From the NCBI GenBank assembly GCA_035620975.1, contig DASPFV010000245.1, positions 47,038 through 111,037 of the forward strand: a stretch of DNA of 64,000 nucleotides, in the 5' to 3' direction. Of the stretch, positions 7,524-16,125 are shown in pieces (positions within the stretch are counted from its first letter, which is position 1; each line of letters begins with the position of its first letter). Source of the DNA: Vicinamibacterales bacterium. GTDB lineage: Bacteria > Acidobacteriota > Vicinamibacteria > Vicinamibacterales > 2-12-FULL-66-21. Both the position numbers and the translations under genes were made by a program. The notes under the pieces are model-generated. The model was not told where the DNA came from. It did not search any database and saw only the letters and a list, made by a program, of their open reading frames with translations.

Positions 7524-9554
7524 ATGAACGACAGCCGCCGGCTTGCCGTCCTGGTCGCCGCCTGCAGCCTCGCCCTCCTGGCGTCGCTCGCCGGTCCGCT
7601 CGCGACGGGCCGGGTCTTCGTCTACAACGATCTGTCGTGGTTCCATCTGCCCATGCGCCACCTGTTCCAGCAGGCGCTCGAGGCCGGAGACAGCGTGCTG
7701 TGGACGCCGGCCGTCTTCGCCGGGTTCTACCTGCACGGTGAAGGGCAGACCGGCGTGTTCCACCCGCTCCATCAACTGCTCTATCGGCTCCTCCCGCTCG
7801 GGCCGGCGTTCAATCTCGAGCTGCTCGTCAGTTATCCTGCGGCCTTCGCGGGCACGTTCTGGTTCCTGTGCCGGCTCGGGGTCAGCCGGGCCGCGGCGCT
7901 CTTCGGCGCCATGCTGTTCGCGTTCGGCGGCTTCAACCTGCTCCACCATCATCACGTCAACATGGTGGCCGTCGTCGCGCACCTGCCCTGGCTGCTCGCC
8001 TCGGCCGACGTCGCCATCGTCGACGAACGGCCGCGCGCGAGAACGCTGGCGCTCGGCGGCATGGCGCTGATCCTCGGCTCCGGAATCCTGCTGGGGTTTC
8101 CGCAGGGCGTCTGGTGGAACGCGCTGGCCCTCGCCGGGTTCGGAATGCTCCGCGCGAGGGAGAGCGGCCGCTGGAGGCGGCTGCTGCCGTGCGCGGGGGC
8201 CGCCGCGCTCGGAGTGCTGCTGGGCGGCATCCAGCTGCTGCCCTCCGCCGAGGCCGCGGCGCACTCGAGCCGCATGGACCTGTCGCGCGAGTTTGCGCTG
8301 ACCTACTCGCTGCACCCGTTCAACCTGTTTCAGCTCTGGTCGCCGTACTTCTTCGCACGCGGTGCCTACAGCGTCAGCGATTACATGTGGTTCCACGACT
8401 TCGGCATCTACTCGGGCGCGATTCTGCCGGTCGCCCTGATCTGGGTCTGGATTCGACGGGACGCGCTGCCCGAGCGGCGGGCCGTCGTCCTGGCGCTCAC
8501 GGTCTGCGCGGCTGTCGCCCTGGTTCTCGCGCTCGGACGGTACGGCGGCCTCGCGGTGCTGTTGACCTACCTGCCGGTCATCCAGTCGTTCCGCGCGCCC
8601 GTTCGCTACATCGTCCTGATGCAGTTCGCGCTCGCGCTGGTGGCCGCTCTCGCCATCGACGACCTGCTCGCAATCGTGGGAGGACGCCGTGCGGCACCAC
8701 GGCGGCGGCTGACAGCGCTCTGGATTCCCGCGGCGCTCGGTCTGGTCACGACGCTGGCCCTGAACACGCAGCTGCTGGGCTACGGCAGGCACACCTTTGC
8801 GAGTGCCGCGGCAGCTTTCCCGGGCGCGGCAATCGCGGCGGCGGTCGCGCTGCTCGTCTCCCTGGCCGCCCGCCGTGTCCGCTGGGCCCTGCCCGCGCTG
8901 GTCGTGCTGACCACCATCGACCTCGCCGCGTGGGGAATCCTGTTCGTCTACCGCGAACCTCCACGGAGTATTCCGGAGCTGACGGAGGCGGCACCTCCGC
9001 CGCCGGAGGATCCGGCGCTCGCGTATGCGTTCGTGCCCGAGCGTGGACCCTTCCGCTCGGACATCCTCGTGCTGCGTGGATACCGCCTCACGTCGGGGTA
9101 CGCCGGACTGTTCCCGGCGACGCGGCATCCGCTCGACAGTGACATCGCCCGCCGATTGTCGGGAACGCGATGGATCTTCACGGCCGACGGGACTCGGCAT
9201 CACTTCGAAGGGGGAGCAGCGAGGGCGCGGCTGGTCGACGAGGAGGGATACGGCCCGACGGGAAGCGTGCGGCTCGTCCTCGATCGGCCGGGGCACCTCG
9301 CCGCGGAGATCGAGACGCCCGGGAAGCGCATCCTCGCGTTCACCGAACGGTTTCACCCGGGGTGGTCGGCGACGGCCGCCGGCAGTCCCCTGCGGATGGT
9401 GCGCGTCGAAGGCGACTTCCTCGGTTGTCTGGTCGACGCCGGCGCCAGCCGGGTGGATCTCCGGTTCATGCCGCGGAGCTTCGTGTACGGCGCGATCGTC
9501 TCGACGCTCGGCGCCGTCCTGCTCGCGGGCGTTCTCGTGGTGCGGCTGCGATGA
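7524..9554 (+). CDS. YfhO-like polytopic membrane protein (GT-C-type glycosyltransferase candidate)
   Basis: About 14 predicted TM segments with an early loop WTPAVFAGFYLHGEGQTGVFHPLHQL. The C-terminal soluble module HPGWSATAAGSPLRMVRVEGDFLGCLVDAGASRVDLRFMP is typical of YfhO. Confidence 0.7.
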   Translation: MNDSRRLAVLVAACSLALLASLAGPLATGRVFVYNDLSWFHLPMRHLFQQALEAGDSVLWTPAVFAGFYLHGEGQTGVFHPLHQLLYRLLPLGPAFNLELLVSYPAAFAGTFWFLCRLGVSRAAALFGAMLFAFGGFNLLHHHHVNMVAVVAHLPWLLASADVAIVDERPRARTLALGGMALILGSGILLGFPQGVWWNALALAGFGMLRARESGRWRRLLPCAGAAALGVLLGGIQLLPSAEAAAHSSRMDLSREFALTYSLHPFNLFQLWSPYFFARGAYSVSDYMWFHDFGIYSGAILPVALIWVWIRRDALPERRAVVLALTVCAAVALVLALGRYGGLAVLLTYLPVIQSFRAPVRYIVLMQFALALVAALAIDDLLAIVGGRRAAPRRRLTALWIPAALGLVTTLALNTQLLGYGRHTFASAAAAFPGAAIAAAVALLVSLAARRVRWALPALVVLTTIDLAAWGILFVYREPPRSIPELTEAAPPPPEDPALAYAFVPERGPFRSDILVLRGYRLTSGYAGLFPATRHPLDSDIARRLSGTRWIFTADGTRHHFEGGAARARLVDEEGYGPTGSVRLVLDRPGHLAAEIETPGKRILAFTERFHPGWSATAAGSPLRMVRVEGDFLGCLVDAGASRVDLRFMPRSFVYGAIVSTLGAVLLAGVLVVRLR

Positions 9555-11167
9555 GCGGTGCGGGGAAACCCGTGGGGGACTCTCTGACGGGGCCGAACCG
9601 CCCCGTCGCGGTGCTTCTGCTCGGCCTGATCGGCACGGGCGCCTGCTTTCGACTGCTGTACCTGTCCTCGATGCCCGGCATCAGCGGCGACGAAGGGTGG
9701 TGGGGCATGCAGGCCCTGGCCTGGTCGTCCGGTCAGCCCTACGAAGCGCACACGACCAGCGGGAACCCCACCGATCTGTTCTTCCTGGTGCCGCTCGCGT
9801 TCGTCCATACGCTGGCTCCTCCGTCGTTCCTGCTGCTCCGGGCGGTTCCGGCGTTCGTCAACCTGCTCGCGCTCCCAATCGGGTTCTGGCTCGTCCGGCG
9901 CGCATATGGCAGCACCACCGCCTGGATCCACACCGTGATCCTGGCCATCCTGCCCACCGCGATCGCGCACAGCCGCATCTGTCAGGATCCATCCCAGACC
10001 GTGTTCTGGACGGGCCTGGTCATCTACCTGGCCCTCCTTGGTTTCGATGCGCCCCGCCGGTCGTGGATCTACCGTCTGGGCGCGGTGGTCGCGTTCCCCG
10101 TGGCCCTCTGGACGCACCCGACGAACGTCTTCATAGCGCCGTTCCTCGCGATCCCGTTTCTGCCTGCGCTGCGCCCGCGCCTGCCGGCGTCGCGGTTGGG
10201 GCGTGCGGGTTTCGCTCTGGCCGCGATGCTCCTGGTAATCCTGGGACTGAGCCTGGCCGGCACCGCCCTCGCGCACCTGGCGGATTCGAACCCGTACCTC
10301 AACAAACCCTGGCTGGCGGTGGCCGCGGCACGGTTGGCGGACAGCGCGCAGTGGTACGAGTTCGCGGCCAACAACGTCCGTCTCCTGAACGGTCTGACGA
10401 TCTATCACTATTTTTCCGGCGCGCAGCCGCCGGCGCTCCCGCACGACGCCGGGTTCGTTCTCGCGGCGGTTGCGATTCTGGCCGGGCTGCTCCTGGTCCC
10501 TGCCGGCCGCCGCCGGCCGCTGGATGGCGCGCTGCTTCTCGCCTGCGCAGGTACGTGGCTCGCCTTTTACGCCTTCGCCGGGCCACAGGCGCTGCGGCCC
10601 CACGTCGAGCGGTGGGGACTCTGTCTGCTCGTGCCGGCCAGCCTCGTTGCTTCGCGGGGGCTGAGCGAGTGGATCGAGTGGGGGCCCGGCATCCGCCGCT
10701 GGCCGCTGGCGGCCGTCGCAGTCGCCGCAACGGGCCTGCTCGGTTCCTTTTACGTCAACTATTTCCGGGTATTCGCGACAACAGGCGGGAGGTCCCATCT
10801 CACCTACGTCACCGCGGCCACCGAACCGAAACAGCAGGCCCTCGCGCACGTCCTGGCGGCGAGCACTGGTCCGGAGCCCGTCCAGATCGTGGCGCAGCAA
10901 TGGTGGCTCTTCTGGCCCACCGCCTATCTGGCGACGGTGCATCCCCGCGTCACGGTGACGCCGACGTTGCCAGACGACCGGCAGCCCGGGCTCGACGCGG
11001 CGCTCGACGCGGGCCGGCTGTTCTTCGTCGAGTTCGTCGGAACGCCCGAGGCCGCCAGGGCCACGGCGTGGATCCGTCAGCGTGATTTGCGCGCCGACCG
11101 CACGACGATCCGCGACGCGGGCGGCCGCGACCTCCTGGAGATCCTGCGCGTCGCGGCGCAGCGATAA
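9551..11167 (+). CDS. GT39/ArnT-like (PMT family) membrane glycosyltransferase
   Basis: The start ATG overlaps the upstream stop (ATGA). MSGAGKPV...FRLLYLSSMPGISGDEGWWG contains a first-loop DE motif. The protein is polytopic throughout. The 9170..9550 extension of the ORF is rejected. Confidence 0.7.
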   Translation: MSGAGKPVGDSLTGPNRPVAVLLLGLIGTGACFRLLYLSSMPGISGDEGWWGMQALAWSSGQPYEAHTTSGNPTDLFFLVPLAFVHTLAPPSFLLLRAVPAFVNLLALPIGFWLVRRAYGSTTAWIHTVILAILPTAIAHSRICQDPSQTVFWTGLVIYLALLGFDAPRRSWIYRLGAVVAFPVALWTHPTNVFIAPFLAIPFLPALRPRLPASRLGRAGFALAAMLLVILGLSLAGTALAHLADSNPYLNKPWLAVAAARLADSAQWYEFAANNVRLLNGLTIYHYFSGAQPPALPHDAGFVLAAVAILAGLLLVPAGRRRPLDGALLLACAGTWLAFYAFAGPQALRPHVERWGLCLLVPASLVASRGLSEWIEWGPGIRRWPLAAVAVAATGLLGSFYVNYFRVFATTGGRSHLTYVTAATEPKQQALAHVLAASTGPEPVQIVAQQWWLFWPTAYLATVHPRVTVTPTLPDDRQPGLDAALDAGRLFFVEFVGTPEAARATAWIRQRDLRADRTTIRDAGGRDLLEILRVAAQR

Positions 11168-11199
11168 ACTGACGCTTTGCTATCGGATCCCCACCACTC

Positions 11200-13338
11200 A
11201 TGATCCAACGGTTGCCGCGACTTCCGGAAGGCGGACTGCCTGGCTGGGCGCCGCTCGCCGCGCTCGCCTCGGTGCTGCTGCTCGCCTGGCCGAACTTTCT
11301 CCTCACTGGGAAGTGGGCGGACCTGCCGGGCGCGCTGAACGGCTGGCGCCAACCGTGGTACGCGGCGGCGCTGGTCGCGGCCACGGTGCTGATCGTCGCC
11401 ACGCGCCACCATGTGGGAACGCCGGCCCGAATCGGGCGCGCCGCGTCCTGGACGCTGCTGGCCGCGGGCGCGGGGATGCTGGTGGCCGCACTGTTCTCGC
11501 GGCTTCCGTTGTCGACGTGGAACCAGATCCCCTTCAAGGACGACTACACCCCCCTCTACCAGGCGGCGGTGAACGGCGTCCACCTGCTCCAGCGAGGCAG
11601 CGTGGTCGGGTGGAACTGGTGGCTGCTCGGCGGCTACCCGACGTCCACGGACATCGCGCAGAGCTTCGGGGCGCTCGCCTTCGTCCCGATGGTGATCTTC
11701 GGGGAGCAGGTCGGCTACCACGTGCTGCATGCCGTGGTGTTCCTGGCGATCCCGGCCCTCGTGTGGTGGGACATCCGCCAGGAGGATCGCGGCGCGGCGC
11801 TGCTGGCCGGCGGGTTCGCCTGCCTCTTCACGGCCGGGTACTTCGCCTATATCGGCAACAGCGGGGATACGAACTCGGTCATCGGTGCGTTCTGCACGGC
11901 GCTCGCCCTGATCGGCAGCCGCGCCGCCCGTCTCGGCCGGCGCTGGGGCGGCCCCCTGCTCCTGGCGGGCCTCACGCTGGCGCTGTACTCGCACGTGGCG
12001 TTCTGCGTGTATGCGGGCATCTACCTCCTGCTCGAGGCTGCCTACTACCGGGATCTACGCGCGGTGTGGCGGCTGGCCGCGGCCGGGCTCATCGCGGTCG
12101 TCGTCTCGCTGCCCGTGCACTGGGAATCACTACGGTACCCGCAGTTCGTGAGTTTCAACAACACCGTCTACGACCCCGGCGCGCCGCTCGACTGGGCCCT
12201 CTTCGCGCGGACGCTCTATTACAACGTCGAGATGCTGCTCCTGCCGCACCGCTGGTTCAACGACTACCGGAGCCTGGCGAACGTCTGGCTTCCCGTGCTG
12301 GTGGTGATGGCGCTCGCGCCGGGCCGCTCGCGCGTGGGGTTCTATGCCGGCGCCGCCGTGCTCACGCAGGTGCTGCTGCGACTGAACACGTCCGAGGCCG
12401 GCGCGCTCTTCGACCGCATCCAGCACATGCTGCCGGTCGTGACCGGTCCTGCCCTGGCCGGGTTCGTCCTGCGCTTCGGCGGCACGCGCCGGCTCGCGCT
12501 CGCCCTGGTGGCCCTCATTGGCCTCTACGTGGCCACCTCGTTCGTGCCGGTGCGCCACGTGCCCGATCTGCGGGCGTTCGACCCTCCGCTGATCGATCGG
12601 ATTGCCGCCGCCGATGGCAACATGATTCTGGTCGAGGTGAGCCCGCATCGCGACATGGACAGCGATCCGGGGCGGCGCAGCCCGCGCACGCCGTTCGACG
12701 TGCACTTCGAGGGGCTGCTGCCGTCCGTGGCGGGCCAGCGCTTCTACAGCCAGATGTGGGACGGCTGGATCTGGCACGTGCTCCGCGGGCAGGTCGTCGG
12801 CGCCGGCACCTTCGCCGGCCGCGCCATCGAGGAAACGCCTCCGGAGGCGTTCGTGGCCGAGATGCGGCGCTGGGGCGTGCGGCATCTGTTCGTCTGGACC
12901 GACGCGATGCGGGCGTACCTGTCGGCCGACCCGCGCTTCGTCCAGCGCTGGCGCGGCGGGCTCTGGTCGCACTTCGAGCTCGAGGACGCAGATACCCGCA
13001 GCGTGGTGACCACGACCGGCAGCGGGCGCCTCCAGTCGCTCGACTTTCTGTCGGGCGAAGTCGCGCTCGCCGACGTCATGGCCGGATCCCCCGTGGTGGT
13101 TCGCGCCAACTACTATCCCGCGTGGCGCGCCCACGCCGCCGGCCGCGAGGTACCCTTGTACGCGAGCGACGGACAGCTGGCGTTCCGCGCACCCGAGACC
13201 GGATCGTACATCGTCCGGTTCGAGTATCCGCGCTACCGCTGGCTTTCGATCCTGGCCCTCGGCGCCGCCTCGGCAGGGCTCTGGGTCATGAGCGGTAGCA
13301 GCGAGCCGCGTCGACATCCGGCACGCAGCGCCGCGTGA
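11200..13338 (+). CDS. Second YfhO-like polytopic membrane protein with a C-terminal periplasmic domain
   Basis: Many TM segments and an early loop IPFKDDYTPLY. The C-terminus YYPAWRAHAAGREVPLYASDGQLAFRAPETGSYIVRFEYP parallels the C-terminus of the 7524 gene. Confidence 0.6.
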   Translation: MIQRLPRLPEGGLPGWAPLAALASVLLLAWPNFLLTGKWADLPGALNGWRQPWYAAALVAATVLIVATRHHVGTPARIGRAASWTLLAAGAGMLVAALFSRLPLSTWNQIPFKDDYTPLYQAAVNGVHLLQRGSVVGWNWWLLGGYPTSTDIAQSFGALAFVPMVIFGEQVGYHVLHAVVFLAIPALVWWDIRQEDRGAALLAGGFACLFTAGYFAYIGNSGDTNSVIGAFCTALALIGSRAARLGRRWGGPLLLAGLTLALYSHVAFCVYAGIYLLLEAAYYRDLRAVWRLAAAGLIAVVVSLPVHWESLRYPQFVSFNNTVYDPGAPLDWALFARTLYYNVEMLLLPHRWFNDYRSLANVWLPVLVVMALAPGRSRVGFYAGAAVLTQVLLRLNTSEAGALFDRIQHMLPVVTGPALAGFVLRFGGTRRLALALVALIGLYVATSFVPVRHVPDLRAFDPPLIDRIAAADGNMILVEVSPHRDMDSDPGRRSPRTPFDVHFEGLLPSVAGQRFYSQMWDGWIWHVLRGQVVGAGTFAGRAIEETPPEAFVAEMRRWGVRHLFVWTDAMRAYLSADPRFVQRWRGGLWSHFELEDADTRSVVTTTGSGRLQSLDFLSGEVALADVMAGSPVVVRANYYPAWRAHAAGREVPLYASDGQLAFRAPETGSYIVRFEYPRYRWLSILALGAASAGLWVMSGSSEPRRHPARSAA

Positions 13339-13374
13339 CGCCGGCGATCCATGGCGGGGTCACGCCGCGTACCG

Positions 13375-14022
13375 TTACTGCCGGTCGAAGACCGCCCTCG
13401 CCTCCCTGGAGTTGAACGTCATGCTCTCGATGCGCTGCCCGAGCACGAGACGGTTGTCGGCGTCAATGGACCAGGATCGGCGCAGCATGCGCTGCGCGGT
13501 CGAGAACTCCTGACGGAGCGTCGCCCGATCCCAGCGGGACTTCACCTTGATCGATCCGCCCGGCACTTCCACGGAGACGTTCCTGCCGTCGATCTGGAAT
13601 ACAGACGTGCCCCGCGGCTCGAGGAACCTGACCTGCGTCTCCGTGGCCTCGATCGTGAGCTCGAGCGGCACCTGCTGGATGGCTGACAGCGCCGCCTGCG
13701 CGGCCGCTTCCCCCGGCAGGAGGTTTGGCGAGCTGGCTTCCGCCGCACCGCCTCCTGCGCTCCCGCCCCCGCCGCGGCCCCCCCGCTGCGGCGCACCGGT
13801 CACCGCGAACACCATCCCCTGACCGCCCCGTCCTGGTCGGCCCGGATCCGGGACCATCAGGTCGGGACTCAACTCCTGGTTCAGCTTCCACCGGCCTGAC
13901 ATCCTCGCGGCGATGTCGGTCCGGCTGGCGTGCTGCACCGCGGCATGGGGCCCTGCCATGGCGCAGAGCGCCAGGACGAGCGAAGCGCCGCCGATCTCGA
14001 ATTGCAGTCCGCGCACAGACAC
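13375..14022 (-). CDS. Hypothetical exported protein
   Basis: Last 215 codons of ORF 13375..15099, from GTG 14022: VSVRGLQFEIGGASLVLALCAMAGP (signal-like), a Gly/Arg-rich linker, then non-repetitive sequence of normal composition. The upstream 359 codons are R/G/P shadow overlapping the YihY gene. Confidence 0.45.
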   Translation of the reverse strand: MSVRGLQFEIGGASLVLALCAMAGPHAAVQHASRTDIAARMSGRWKLNQELSPDLMVPDPGRPGRGGQGMVFAVTGAPQRGGRGGGGSAGGGAAEASSPNLLPGEAAAQAALSAIQQVPLELTIEATETQVRFLEPRGTSVFQIDGRNVSVEVPGGSIKVKSRWDRATLRQEFSTAQRMLRRSWSIDADNRLVLGQRIESMTFNSREARAVFDRQ

Positions 14023-14132
14023 CCTGGTGACCTCGCGGCGGTTGGGGCGGGTTGCCGGCGCCGATTCTATCCCAGCGAGGGCTCGCCGAGCGACACGAGG
14101 AGGTCGGCAGGAGGCGAACGGAGTGGCGGCTG

Positions 14133-15083
14133 TTAGCCGGCCTCCGGCACCGGCTCGTCCTCCACGATCTCCTCCTTCACGAGGACAGCCGTCGCGCGCG
14201 GCACGATTGGCCTGCCCGATGACAGCACACGCGCCTTGGTCAGGGCTGCGCCGAAGAACAGGATCAAGGACGAGTAGTAGACCCAGAGCAGCAGGAGGAC
14301 GAGCGACCCCGCCGCGCCATAGATCGAGGCTGGCGCGGTATAAGCGAGGTAGAAGGCGATCACGTACCGCCCGATGACGAACAGGGCGGCGGTGATTGCC
14401 GCGCCGGTCCAGACGTCGCGCCAGTCGACGACGGCGTCCGGCAGCACCTTGAAGATGATCGCGAAGAGCGACGTGATGAGCACGAGCGACAGCACCAGCT
14501 CGGTCAGCGTCAGGACGAGAGGCGGGATCGGAACCCAGCCCTCGGCGTAGTGGAGGACGGCCCGCAGCGCCACCGTCAGCAGCAGCGAGACCAGGAGCAC
14601 GAACCCGATGGCCAGGATGATCGCGAGCGACACCAGACGGTTCTTGACGAGGGCCGGGATCCCGCTCTTCTGAGGCCGGCTTGCGACGCCCCAGATCCGG
14701 TTCAGGGAGATCTGCATCTGGGCGAAGACAGTCGTGGCGCCCAGGACGAGCGCAAGGATTCCCGTCACGGTGGGGAGCAGACCGGCCACCTCGGGGCGGG
14801 AGCGGGCGACCGCTTCTTCCACCGCCCGGGCCGCGCCGGACCCGACGAAGCCTTCGAGCTGCGTGACGATCTGCCCTCGTGCGGCCTCGTCGCCGAAAAC
14901 GGCTCCCGCGATCGCGACGGCGATGATCACCACCGGCGCCAGCGAGAACAGCGTGTAAAAGGCGAGCGACCCGGCATGGACGAACGCGTTGCGCTCCAGC
15001 CACAGGCCTCCGGCCTGCAGGAAAATCCTCCAGGAGCGCATCAACGTCGGGGTCGTCGTCCTCGCCAGGGCGCCGTAATTCAT
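14133..15083 (-). CDS. YihY/BrkB family inner-membrane protein
   Basis: From MNYGAL...: FVHAGSLAFYTLFSLAPVVII, LNRIWGV, YGAAGSLVLLLLWVYYSSLILFFGA. Confidence 0.85.
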   Translation of the reverse strand: MNYGALARTTTPTLMRSWRIFLQAGGLWLERNAFVHAGSLAFYTLFSLAPVVIIAVAIAGAVFGDEAARGQIVTQLEGFVGSGAARAVEEAVARSRPEVAGLLPTVTGILALVLGATTVFAQMQISLNRIWGVASRPQKSGIPALVKNRLVSLAIILAIGFVLLVSLLLTVALRAVLHYAEGWVPIPPLVLTLTELVLSLVLITSLFAIIFKVLPDAVVDWRDVWTGAAITAALFVIGRYVIAFYLAYTAPASIYGAAGSLVLLLLWVYYSSLILFFGAALTKARVLSSGRPIVPRATAVLVKEEIVEDEPVPEAG

Positions 15084-15477
15084 GAGCGTCGCGCTGCAAC
15101 GCCTCTGCCAGACATCGAGGGCTGCGCTCCCTTTCCGTGCGGTGGTCAGCCCCGACGGGGCTGTCTCATCTGGTTGCCACCCTCGCGAAATATCGCCACC
15201 CGCAGGTGCTGGCACGCAGCGCCAATGCTCGTCTTGACAGCCGCCACGCCGCAGATCCCTCGTCTCCACGGCACAAAGCCGCTCGAGACGTTGCACTTGC
15301 AAGAATCACGCAGACCGGCCCCACACACTGGTCAGCCTCTTGCTGAAACACGTCCATGCCGGGAACCACCCGACTTCGCGCCCTGGCCAGGGCCGGGAGC
15401 CAAAGCCCGTAGCCTGAGCGAAAGCCCAGATAGCCCGGCGCGCGAGCCCGAACCCTCGAGCGAGACAAGGAGATCAC

Positions 15478-16062
15478 ATGGCGCAGCAGCAGAACCTCGT
15501 CGAATCCGTCAAGAACGGCATCGTGGCCACGATCAGGGGCACTGGAGAAATCGTCAACGCCGTGACCGACACGGTGAGCGGAACGCTCGTGAACGCGTTT
15601 AAGGGCACGAGCGCCGTCGGCACGGCTGTCACCAGCAGCGTCGCCGAGGTGGCTCGGGGCGTGGTTCAGGGCACCTCGCAAGTCGGGGGAGACCTCGGTG
15701 GTGCCGCGAAAGGGGCGATGGTCGGAGTGCTGCGAGGCACCAGAGAAATCGGCGGCGAGACCATGACGACGGTTTCGGAGGGGGCGCGGTCGGTAGTCAA
15801 GAGCACGGGTGAGGTCGGGGGGGACGTCGTCCTGGCGGCCAAGCGGGCTGTCGAGGGCGCGATCCAGGGCGCCCGCGACATCGGCGTCGACGCGTCCGAG
15901 GCGGCATCCGCCGCGGCAAACGGCGCGATCAAAGGCGCCGGCGAGATCAGCAAGACCGCGGTCGACCAGGTGACCCAGGCCGTGACGGGCGTAATCGACG
16001 GCGTCAAGGTCGTGGCGTCGGAGCCGTTCCGGCCAACGCAGGGAAAGCGCCAGGATGCCTGA
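15478..16062 (+). CDS. Repeat protein: eight tandem 22-residue Gly/Val/Ala/Thr-rich repeats, no signal peptide
   Basis: GGAGA RBS. Repeats align as VTSSVAEVARGVVQGTSQVGGD / LGGAAKGAMVGVLRGTREIGGE / TMTTVSEGARSVVKSTGEVGGD / VVLAAKRAVEGAIQGARDIGVD and so on. Confidence 0.6.
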   Translation: MAQQQNLVESVKNGIVATIRGTGEIVNAVTDTVSGTLVNAFKGTSAVGTAVTSSVAEVARGVVQGTSQVGGDLGGAAKGAMVGVLRGTREIGGETMTTVSEGARSVVKSTGEVGGDVVLAAKRAVEGAIQGARDIGVDASEAASAAANGAIKGAGEISKTAVDQVTQAVTGVIDGVKVVASEPFRPTQGKRQDA

Positions 16063-16077
16063 AAAGACCGCATCCTG
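16051..16077. terminator. 8-bp hairpin between convergent genes (CAGGATGC-N11-GCATCCTG)
   Basis: Perfect 8-bp stem spanning the TGA of the repeat-protein gene. There is no clear U-tract, so its function is uncertain. Confidence 0.3.
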
Positions 16078-16125
16078 ATCGAAAATGCGGCAGGGTAATG
16101 GGAAAAGCCGCCCGAGCGCCCCCGC

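Noticed and set aside
7062-9356. 764-aa minus-strand ORF antisense to the YfhO-like gene. The same holds for 9353..10942, 12130..13317, 53331..54914, 53629..55818, 59247..60863, 49231..50466, 42839..44278 and 24548..25510
   Set aside because: These are typical high-GC antisense or shadow ORFs: R/G/P/A/D-rich, without hydrophobic cores or motifs. Each lies opposite or out of frame to a gene with clear family signatures.
10273-10284. tRNA T-arm-like GGATTCGAACCC
   Set aside because: It lies inside the GT39-like CDS (…LADSNPYLNK…). No acceptor or anticodon arms can be drawn around it. I found no tRNA in the window.
15084-15477. TTGACA at about 15234 and the palindromic CACTTGCAAG at about 15292 as a promoter/operator for the repeat-protein gene
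   Set aside because: No acceptable -10 lies at 16-19 nt from the TTGACA, so I could not build a convincing promoter. It is left unannotated.
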